From NCBI RefSeq assembly GCF_003918875.1, contig NW_025765181.1, positions 806,001 through 870,000 on the forward strand: DNA of 64,000 bases, given 5' to 3'. Source of the DNA: Haliotis rubra (taxonomy: Eukaryota). The notes under the pieces were generated by a model. That model worked only from the letters and a program-made list of their open reading frames with translations, was not told the origin of the DNA and did not search any database. The position numbers and the translations under genes were made by a program. How positions within the stretch are numbered: the first letter of the stretch is position 1; the number at the start of each line of letters is the position of its first letter. Shown here piece after piece: positions 1 through 12,100 of this stretch.

Positions 1-147
1 TCCGGGCTGTTGTCTTGGTGAGGAGGCTGGTTCTGGGGATGACAGACATTTGGGATGACAGTCAAGGACATTATTACCATTGTCATTGTGTAATGATCTA
101 TCCAGAAACCATGCACTGCTATATGGTCTCTGATTTCTGTACAGTTT
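1..147 (-). CDS. Coding exon, truncated by window edge (KLYRNQRPYSS...PRQQPG)
   Basis: ctgac branch point plus ttgtag acceptor; open in phase 0 to base 1. Confidence 0.7.
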
Positions 148-3100
148 CTACAATGTCAGTAATGACTGTTACTAATATAGTTTCATGAAGTAGAAAAGTT
201 AACATGTCTGGTCATGAGTCTATCTCTGCACACATTAAGTACAACTAAGAGAGTAAATATTCAGAAAGGCATCACTCAGGTCATAGTTACCTTCAGGTGT
301 TTTAACCTCCTCTCTTTGGGTGTTCCATGGTGTCCATTAGAACCCAGTCCTGCAGGCTGGAGACATGTGGCAGGAACCAGACCCGCTCTCCCGTTACACT
401 CCACCTCATAGTAACCATTCTCATCTATTGGACCTGCAGACAGAGGAGTGAAGGAGTTTGGTTTAACGCTGTGTAACAGTATTTCAGTAATATCATGGCA
501 TGTTTAAAGGAAGCCTTAAGTGCTGCAGATCTCAGTTGTTTACTGATTTGGTTAGACCAACAAGCATGGCCTACACACACAGATGTGGAGGGGAGGGACC
601 TGTCCTCTTCCAGATCAAAACCAGATTTCTCTTCTAAACTATTGTTGAAATTATTGTAGATTCTAATGATCTCATTGCAGAGTTACATGGCTTCCAAAAT
701 TGTCACATTGACTTTTGCCAGCTGTGTAGATTCTAAGGAGATCTGCAGAGATCTCACCTGTGACCTTGACCTGTCACCTTCCTGCAGTCGAAGCTGCAGA
801 CTGGGATGACCGGTAGATGATGAAACGTCTGGAATGTAGTCTGTGATGGCCACAAAGTGACTGGCATCTGGCAGATGTCCATATTTCTCCCTCATGCTGT
901 TGACCAGTCCACCACTGCCCCTTGGACTCAGGTTGTTCGCGTTGATTGAGCGTTGGAGAATTCCCTGGAATGGTGACCTTCGACCCATCAAGTGGTCAGC
1001 GGATTTGGGCCTCCTCTTGTTGGCAGATTCAACACTCCCCATCTCAGGGTCGCTGGACAGATCCCGACTGTCTGATAGTGATGAAGACGAGGACCACCGC
1101 CCAGAATTCCTCTGGTTCCTAATAAAGCTGTTGACGTCAATCTTCCCTGCCCTTGGACTATCAGCCTGAGAGATACAGGAATGACAACATGAGCAAGATA
1201 GGATTGTGTGAGAATACATTCCTTAGAGAAGGCTGTTATTTCAATATAATGCATCTGCATTTATGGTGTTATTAATTAAATCTACAAATATCTGAGTAAC
1301 AGCAAAATATGAAATCATGTAGAAAACCCATGCTGGCTTATTTCAACCAATAAGTTCCAATCAAACTGCCTGTTTCACACTCCAAATCCTTAATGGACAC
1401 ATTTAAGTTTTTGCAACAAGCTGCCAAAAGCAAACCTTCATTGCCCATGATCTAGTCTGGTAGAGTGATGAAGTTAACATGCTATATACACATTGCATTT
1501 GTCTGATATAAACACAAGGGCAATTTGAGCAGCCTCATGAAAGTTTCTTCTATAGGTGCATGTTTTGTCGGTATGGGTTGTAATCTATATCTGAAACTAT
1601 GGGCTCAACTGGTGGACACATCATCATTGAACTGGGTGATGTCAAAGCGAGAATGGACACAGACAGAGGTACTGACTGACTGACTGAGTTTGGTTTTACC
1701 CCGCTTTTAGCAATATTCCAGCAACATCACGGCGGAGGACACCAGAAATGGGCTTCACACATTGTGCCCATGTGGGGATTCGAACCCGGTCTTCGTCGTG
1801 AGACAGAGGTACTGACCCGATTGGCCTGTGTGTAGGGTGAGAGGGGGCGGTAGTACTCCTCATTCTCGGTGTCCTGCTCAAACTGTTCCAGTTCCTCCAG
1901 AACCGAAGCCAGGTTCTCCGCAGTCTGGCACCGCTTCAGCTCCTCTGCTAGACGGTGGATCAAAGCATCCTGTAATTAACAGGTGGTAGTTATTAGATTG
2001 GCACATGGATTGTCCTATTTGTTTGTTTGTTTGCTGTCTGTCACACTCAGTATTCCAACTATATGATGTGGCCTATCAATTATCAAACCTTGGCCAGACA
2101 ATCCAGTGATAGCACCTTGAGCAGAAATCTATGCCGTTGGGATATGATGTTACAAGTCTGACCAGCAGATTGATTTGGTCACCTCTTAGGACAAGCATAG
2201 ATTGCTGGGCCCCACGGGGAGGACTGTAATATACAGCTTACCTAATGACATATCCCAATACAAGAACAGGCACAAATGTACCAAGTATGCAAGTAAACAG
2301 ATACCCGGTTAACAGCAGCACCAGTCTGCCACAAGAGGAGACAAAAGCCATCATAGTGCAAGTATTAAAGGGGTATTTTCTATGCTGCATGATAGTTGTT
2401 GCCATTTTGTGAAGTGGTGCCCTGCCCCCATGGAGAAGTAAGTACTGTGATGTTTTTTTTATAATTTGACTGAAGTGCCATGTTAGATATTACATCATTC
2501 CTCAAGTATGTACTGATGCTTGAGGTAGGTGACTGGAGACTACGATGATCCCTACCTTCTCCCTGCACTTCCTGCTGAGCCGGGCCACCTGAGCCTTCAG
2601 AGGGGAGATGGCCATTACAGCCTTGTTCTTCAGTCTCTCCATCTCCTCATACTGTTGGACAAATAGCATCGTTGTCATGGCAACTAAGAGAACCACAACT
2701 GATAAAACATAGTGGGGACCACTACATAAACGAAGATGTGAATGTCCCATTTGGCATTATCCATGATAAATCAGTTTACTGGGCTCTCATTTACTCTATT
2801 TTATTAATATGTTATGATGTTGGTTAATAGTTAGTATTTATTGAAAGAAAAAGAATACAAGTATCCATGAACAAGAAAACCAATATCTTGATCCAGTTAC
2901 AGGTCATGTTTGAGTGAAACCACTTCTGTGCAAACCAGTCTTCCCGATCCAGTTACCTAAGACATCTTGACAAGAAACCTCACTCTACCATGCTATACAG
3001 CAGACAATAAACACTGAGCTTAGAAGACTGAACATCCTTCAATAGACAAATGCTGACGGAAGGAGAAATGAATCTGGATTCATCGAGCAGTAAACTCTAA

Positions 3101-6100
3101 GAAGCACCTAACTCCTGAGTATAAACACCTCTGGATCTGATTCCCTAAAGACAATATGTGATGAAGAGGACTTGCCCTGGATTTAATGTTATGATAGTCA
3201 TCCTGCATGGACTTCAGGTGATTGTTCTCCTTGTCAATGTCCGCCATCTTGTCCTGGAGGTGAACCAGCTCCTGCTTCAGCTGCTCAACCCGCTCCATCT
3301 GGCAGCCATATTGGAAAAAGCAGACGCAGTGAGCATGTGCAGAAGGGACACATGGCAGACTGATTTACAAGCAGCCACAGTGATGTGCAGGTGATGTGCA
3401 TGGTACCAGTGAACATAAGCTTGGAACTATGAGAGAGAGGCCACTCAGGACTAATGTACCACTGAATTGGGGAAATATGGACAGAAAAAAAATTAACTGT
3501 AACAATTGAACATAGAAAACTTTTAAGGGGACATTATTAGTAGTAATATATATCTTGTGAATTCTTGGTAGATAATGATGAATAATCATGCAATATCTAG
3601 TCTCGCATACACCCTGAAAAACAAGCAAAAAGGCAGCCCAATACAGATATAGGTGGGTGAAAGGTAAGGACAATGGCAAATAAACTATGAAAAGCATCTG
3701 GTGTCGTGAAGCTTGTACTTGTGCATTGAATGTGGCAGTGAAACAGAAGTGTGCGGATGATACCCAGTCTAAACCTGGCTATGGAAAGATCTTTAAACCA
3801 TTCCTAGCCAACACATGTGAGAATCTGTGCACACTTATCAAAACCTTGGGAATTCATCACCAACCATAAGTGGTTCAAATTGAAAAGGCAACAAAAACCG
3901 TGACCAGTACCAACTGAATGAATTGGTGCATTGTGTCCAAAAGAGAATGAAAATCATGAGTAAATGTCAGTCAAGAGTTCCTTCCCATGCACAACAAACC
4001 GTGCAGAGTTATCCCCCATGAGCCAAGGTAGCAACAATGGAGCTTGACTGATTACCCGGTCACTGAGAAGTCTTGAAGCTCCCTCCAGCTGTCCTTCAAG
4101 GGCATTATTTTCTGCTTCCTTCACACCAAAATCTTTAAGACGAAGCCTCAAATTTTGAATCTCATCTTCAAGATCTTCTTTCTCAGCCAGAACATGCTTA
4201 TATTCTGTGCAGACACTCCTCAGATCATTGAGCTGCGTGGGGGGACATTATAAAGGTTAGCAGGGTTAGTGAAGCAAGGTGGGGCACACAGCGTTCAGAA
4301 CACTGCTGCTAGTTAGAAGCATGCAATCACAGACTGATTATCTGGCATTTAATACGTGACTGTTAGTAAAAAGTGTTAACATGTGAAAGTAAACCTTTTT
4401 TTATCAACTTGAACTTTTATCTCAATTTTCTATTCTTAACCACAACAGTATCAAAAACCAAAACATCCAATAAATCTTGACTATCTATATGACAACTCTG
4501 ACAATGTTATAATTTGACAACGGTTTGACAAACACTAACCTGTTCCCGAAGTTTGTCGTATTCTTCCTTCAACTCCATTAGCTGTTCGTCAGCATTCTCC
4601 AAATGTGTTACTTCAACCTCCAAATTTCTTAGACTGTCAAGTGCGTTGGCACGCATTATTTCTGTCCTATCACATTCCTCCTTCCATCGAAGGACTTCCC
4701 TTGTTAGTGTCTGTATCTCACTAGTCTGGAAGGAAACATCACACTGTGAACGAGACTAAACCAACAAGCTGAACCAAACCTTCATTTTATGACAATACAT
4801 CAAACAAACCATTAATGAGTGAGTGAGTTGGGTTTTACGCCGCTTTTAGCAATATTCCAGTAATATCACAGCGGGGGACACCATAAATGGGCTTCACACA
4901 TTGTGCCCATGTGGGGATTCGAACCCGGGTCGTCAGCGTGACGAGCCGATGCTTTAACCATTAGGCTACCCCACCGCCCTACACCATTAATGAACTACTG
5001 GTAAATACCCTAATGAAACAAAGAAAATGTGTCAGTGTGATGCCAAGTCACTGACTACACACCAAGAGCATAGTCCTCTATTATTGGTGGATTTCAAATA
5101 AAGTCTTATCAATGACTACCATATTTACTTGTGCATAATACACTCTCTTTGAAAAAACAAGTGTGTAAACCACATAGACAATAAATAATGATTTTTAGCA
5201 AAAACGATACTTGAAAGTTTTGTTTCAATATCATTCATCAACAAGCTCAATCAATTTTATTTAACATTTTGGAATTTTCAAATTAACTTAAACACAGATC
5301 TATTTGCTAAGTTTGATGATTGAATATTTGCAAGTATGACTTCAATTTGCCCTATAAAATATCCATATGAATAACACTGTCTCTGATTAAATCCTAAGGC
5401 CAAACCAATTTTATTTCTTGTTTTACGGATCCACCTGTCATATTTTTTCAAGAATAAGAAAAAAATAAATAAATTTCCCCGTTCAAACAATAAAATTTTC
5501 CCCGTTCAAATAATAAAATCCTGATGTTTTTATCGGCCACAAATGTAAAGTTACAAGAAAAATGTTTTTTTAAATGTTTTTTGCCCCATATACTCTTCAT
5601 AAATTGCCAAAAGTAAAATACTTTGAGTATTTAGAAGGAATATTACTTTGACTGGTGATTTTATTTTTATTTTTTTCCCCTCCTGCCTTTAGGTTTTCTG
5701 AGGACAAAAATCCGTAAAACAAGAAATAAAATTGGTCTGGCCTAAACATGTTTTTTCAGAAATGCAAAAATATGTACACTTTTGATAAGAATGTAATAAG
5801 TTGTTAGAAAGTAGGTCTTGACCATGTGCACACCAATATGAAACAGTCCAGCTACACAACTGGACATGAATACTGGTGTCTGAAGGAAGGAAGTTCTATG
5901 TCATGTACTCACTTTAGCTGCTATTTCTCTATCCCGTTTGTTAAGTTCTGTTCTAAATGCTGCTGGGTCTTCCAATATGTCTTCTTTCCGATATCCTGTG
6001 TGTTGTAGTTCAGACCTAATGTTGACTAGTTGTGACTGTAAGTTCTGTACTATGTCCCTGTCGCTTTGCTTGTTCTGAAGAACACAACATCATGGATCAG

Positions 6101-9100
6101 GCTTTGTCATTTGTTTAATCAGCCATACTGAGGGTGCCTCTCTCTCCAGGCAGGAGTATTTTGTTTGTTTTTAACGCTCTGTAATAGTCCAGCTATATTG
6201 TGGCAGTCTATAAATTATTGAGTCTGGACCAGTGATCAGAATCATGAGCATCGATCTACAATTTTCAACCAAGTTTTCATTTTACGCCGCTTTTAGCAAT
6301 ATTACAGCAACATCATGGCGGGGGACACCAGAAATGGGCTTCACACATTGTACCCATGTGGGGAATCGAACCCGGGTCTTCGGCGTGAGGAGCCAACGCT
6401 TTAACCACTAGGCTACCCCACCGCCCCCCTTTTTTTCTTCTCTTACAATGTGCATGGGTTGCCAAGACCAATTTTATGGATAGTGTAGATTAGTTTGTCT
6501 CAGCATCCAATTTGAGAACTCTTGAGCTCTATCAGTATGCCCAGCTGGTACAAATACATTAGACTAGGATTTCACAAAACAAGCATAACAATGTGTGCTC
6601 ATAAGATAAGGGCTAAATATTTTATTGATTTTCCACTTTTGTGAGAAAAAAGACAGAAGATTGAATTCAAACACTGAAGTACTGGCATCTGCATTCTGGA
6701 TTAAATTTCATGGCATGCAGTACATTGTAATACTGTTTAACAGGGTTCCACACCAGGAGAAAGAAAAGGCAGTTGGTTCACTCAAAACTAAATACAGCAA
6801 GCCTGACATACATTCAATGTACACCTCCATGGACAAATTTCAGTATATGCCTTCATGAACCATATTCCATGGACACCTTCTCAGACATATTTTCAATAGA
6901 CACCTAGATGGACATATTTTCATTGGACACCTTCATGGACACATTTTCAATGTATTCCTTCTTGGAAATATCTTGACACCTTCATGGACATTTTTTCAGT
7001 GGACACCTCCATGGACATATTTTCAGTGGACACCTTCATGGACATATTTTCAGTGGACACCTTCATGGACATATTTTCAGAGGACACTATGATGGACGTA
7101 CCTGGTTTCTGAGCAGTTCCTCTGCCTCAGACATCCAAGTTGTAAATGTATCAATGTGTCGTCTCTTCTCCTCTAACTCCTTCTCTAACTTATTGATCTG
7201 TAACAACAACAGATGCATTTAAACACCTATCACACCTGAATCCATCACAGCAAACCAGTATCTTAATGTCAACCCAATACCTTAGTGACGATAGTAAAAG
7301 TTTTACTGATGGAGTGTGGTTTTTGGTACTGTGGAATTATTCCCTACAAATATGTATAGCATAAGTACAGTGTCAGAAGATGAATTAAAGTTTACTTATT
7401 TTTCCAGATTAATAATTGATGAAAATCAAATTATTTTCTGTACAAATTCAGTAACTTGTTGTTTACAATGTTTAGCAATGCTACAATAATGTATCGTTGA
7501 GCAGATTTCCAAGAGTTTGCACCAATTCGCATCACTCCAACAATTTTGTAGCAATTTTGCAACAGTTTGACTGTTGTTTTGTTTTGCATCACACATTAGT
7601 TCAAAATTGGCGTCATTTGAATTTGCAGGACTTTTGCAATTAGTTTTGCACCATTTTTGCATCAGTTTGATATCAGTTTGCACAGATTTTGCACCACTCT
7701 GGCACTGGTTTTGCATCAGGAAGATGAAAGCAAGCAACATTGGTCGTGTACCAGTACCCTGTAATGTTCCTAATGCAGGAGACCAAAGTGAAGCCCAGAT
7801 TTACCCATGGTCTGTCAAAATCATGTTTTTTCCAAAGTTAAAAAAGTCGACAATCAACATAATTTGTCTCTCGTGTTCAGCCAAACACTGATATTGTGTT
7901 AAATCCACTTGTATCTCTGGACCAATGTTACCTTGGAGCAATGCGCAAATGATTGTTAGTTGAATCACATCTTCACTGTACAGTCGGTCCAGATATACAA
8001 TATATCATGTGTTCAAAACTTCAACTACCCTTCGACCAACATGTAAAATGAAGATGTGCTTCAAGCTTAGCAGTTATGCAGTGACTAGAATATCTACACG
8101 TTCAGTGACTATCCTGATCATAAAATTGTCAGATAGATTTCTACAGCTACACTGTACCTTTACATTGTGTATAGATGGATTTACTAGGCTACACCTTCAT
8201 ACAACAGTCATATATTACAACATTAACATATTTTTACACAGATACAAAGATTTATAAAAAAAAGACAAATATGTACATTGAAACAAATCTACATGCAATT
8301 TGATGACTATTTTCAATGAAATAATATGAAAAATGAAAAGTGCTTATTCCAACACCAGTGACATAAAAACTGATGAAATGAAACATTCTGTATGAAATTA
8401 ACTGAAAAAAAGTATATTGATAAATGAATCTTGCTGTTCTGACAACCATATTTTTTTGTTTACGCTATGCGTCCCGCCTCCAGTGTGCTGTTGCTAGGCA
8501 ACTAATCAGTAATTTGCTGGACATCAATCAAAAATCTAAACTTCTTCATAATTATCAATTCCAAAAGAAATCAACAAGTTATTCTTATGAATTCAAAGAA
8601 ATAGTTATCCTTGTTAGAACTAAAAGCAATTATATTCTACTAAATTATCCATTTATACAGGTTACACAAAACATCAGCAAACTACCGATTAGGCGCAGGG
8701 TAAAACTGAAAGCAATGCATCTTGTTCCTAGCTAATGGCCAGTATGTCTTAAGTCGGCCGAGTATGTCCGCATTCCGCCCAAAAATGGTGAAAAAAAAGA
8801 AAATACCCCGAACCTTTGGTGTTGGACTGGAACTGAAACTGAAGTGTCGTGCGCCACACTTTCCCGTCACTTACCCTCTGGCGACGGCGTGTGGCCGGTG
8901 GGGGCTGGCGACCAGAACACAAGCTCAGTATCTCATGACAACCTCATCGCTATACAATGGCCACTTTCTGGGATGACTCCATGGACATTACGGTAATGAT
9001 CCTAACAAGCTCAGTATCTCATGACAAGCTCATCGCTATACAATGGCCACTTTCTGGGATGACTCCATGGACATTACGGTAATGATCCTAACAAGCTCAG

Positions 9101-12100
9101 TATCTCATGACAACCTCATCGCTATACAATGGCCACTTTCTGGGATGACTCCATGGACATTAATGACCCTAACATGACTCTACAACTGGTCCACAATATG
9201 AGTGGGCATCCATTTTTATATGATAATGAAAATTCAATGCAAGTCCAATCTGTCCTAATGACTATGTGGAGAAGTCTTTTATATATACATTAAGAATTTA
9301 GAAGAACATAAAGACATGGAGCTTTTATGGGTAACAACTTCTTTATGTTGGTAAAGATGTTTCAGGGCTATTTCTTGCACCTTCATCAGGACACTATACA
9401 ATGCAAATGACTCCATGAGTTCTGGGCCTTGACCACAGGCTTACTACCTGCCTGTTAGGATAGGTTTGCATTTACAAAAATGCATGGAATGACTATTTGG
9501 AAAATAATGACTTGTACCATATATCACCCGTCCCATTAATATGCCATTTACCCATTTTGAAGCCTTCAAAGTCAATGCCAAATTATATCTGATTGAAGCA
9601 CATAAGCATGGTGGTCTTTACCATGGCAACATAGAAGAATTGACTTTAATATTTTATATATTGTTTAGCTTGCAAAACTAATGACACAGAATCACAATGT
9701 ATTTATTTCCTTTTATGTTCTCATGCAAGATGAACCCAATTACTTTGATGACGATGAGAATGAGAAACATGTTGTGATGATATGATGTACACGGCAAAAT
9801 CACCCTTGCTTCAAAACTAACGGTTTCTCTCCACAGCATAATCATAATCCAAAGCAAAAATGTAATGATGGAGATAGCTTTCATAAATAAAATGTAATGT
9901 AACTTACTTCATCTTTGACATTCTTATTCTCCTTCTCAATAATCTCAATATGCCGTGGTTTCTCTAGAGCCTGAATAGAAAACACACATGTCAATGCAGA
10001 CAGAATAAAAAAATTCCCAGTCAATAGATTAAAACAGATCTATAGACAGAAGTTCACCATAACATATGACTAATACATATTTATTCCATTCGCCAAGACA
10101 GTGATTCACCACGACTCAAGGACAAGCTTATAGTCACAGAAGGCTTTTGAGTCAATATGACATTTACCACATTGTCAAAACCCACTACCATAAATATGCT
10201 GGTGGTGACAATCACAGGCTTCTGACATTTCCTAGTATCAACTGAAAAATGTGAATAACTGTTGCTATTTTACCGCAAAAATATTAGAACGTAATTCCTT
10301 GTCATGTTGGATTTCACAAATATGTTAATCATATTTCACAATGAGCCGAGATAATCAGCGACTTCCACTATGTCCGTCTTGTGTTACCTTATGTTTCCAA
10401 GAAAACACAGTATCTTCTTCATCAGTCCTACTCTCAGCTCCCGAGCTCTTGGACTGAAAACCACAAGCCACATGATGAGTAACAAACAATACAGCTGAGT
10501 AACACGAGCAATGTGTGTTCAGTCTCTGTAACTTTCAAACTTTGGACGTTTCCGTCTGAACAAAAGAAACCACAACCAAATGACAATGTTCCCTATGTGC
10601 ACCTTTCTGAATGTAGACACAATGGGGCTGAAAAAATTACATGGTACAGATTCTTGTTTCCTTCTCCATTCAGAACTCCCTGTTAACTTTCAGTTTTAAC
10701 GTACAAACATCAGACACATCCATGTGTTAGGAAATCAAAAATGCCAAGCTAACTGGCTGATTTGACAATTCTCCAGATATCATCTGAATCAGGTTTGTTT
10801 CAACTGCGTGAGGTATTACAAGAGATGTGATTATATATTTAGTGAGAGGACTCACCTGCAGTTGTCTCTCAAGCTGCGCTATCCTGTCTCTAATGACCGA
10901 CCCCCTGGATGTCGAGAACATTGATCCTGTTCCCATGGTGCCCTGCCCACTGTCGGCAACACTCTCAGCCGACACTGTCCGAGTAACCTGGGCAGACACA
11001 GGGGGCGCTGTTTGCAGGTGAGGGACACGCTGACCTGCTGACCTCTGAGTCTCGTCAGCACTACCGTCCAACTCTGAGCTCGGTAGATAGTAGGATTTCT
11101 CTGCGAAATTTCCCACCTTTTGTGGCAAAGATGGTGGAAGCGATTTTGGCAAAGGCGGAGCATGCGATTCAAAGCTAGTATCCTTCGATGCTCTAGCTCG
11201 TTGCAGCTGAGGGCTTGACCTATTGGAATCCGTGTCATTCTGTGATCGGTAATGGCTGTGCTCACTCTCCGAGTTAAGGGTGAGACCTATTATTAATTCC
11301 TCCTGACTATCTGTGTTCTTCCTGGGGGAGGTGGAAGGAACAGCCTTGGCAACACTCTTCCAGTTGCCAGACAAATCTGCTTTCTTCTCCAGACGTGGTT
11401 TCTTAGATTCAATTTTCTTCCACTGCTCCTCCATCACAGATTCAGCATCACTAGATTCAAGATGGCCGCTTCGGCCATCTTGAGAAGCAGATACACGAGG
11501 GCGGGTGTACACTCTGCTTCCTTGCACCTGTAAAACACAAAACAATACATTGGCATGAAAAATATACCATAGGAACAAGAATAAAAGAATCATCATGTAA
11601 CATCGTTATGTGATTGTGTTAAACAGCATTTCATTTTTCATTTGAGTTTGATGAATAATCATTTAGTAAAGAGTGCATTTTAGTCTTTGTAATAGAAATA
11701 GTTTACCATCATCTTCATTCGACTATAAAGTCATATCTAACAGGTCAGTACCAAGACAAACCCAACAATCAAGGCAGACATTCCATCACCAAATACAACA
11801 TGTGTTTCAAGAGCCAATCCAAAGACAGACCGCGCAACTACTTTCAAGGGACTGTGCCACCAAGTTCTGGTTCAAAACATAATTAATCTCAAATATATCT
11901 AAAAAAATAATTTTCAGGAACAGAAGTGTTAATATACCCTTCCAAAAGAGGAATATAGACAAATATTGACCATGACCACCTCTTAAAGAATGTCATTACA
12001 AAAATAACAAGACAATGTCGATTCTTTCAGCAGTTTTATGTGTAACATTATAAATAAAAATTCTTATTAAACTCAGAATTTTGCATTATCATTAAAAATG

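Noticed and set aside
7426-7740. 104-aa ORF over a TTTTGCA-rich stretch
   Set aside because: Low-complexity degenerate repeat with no splice support
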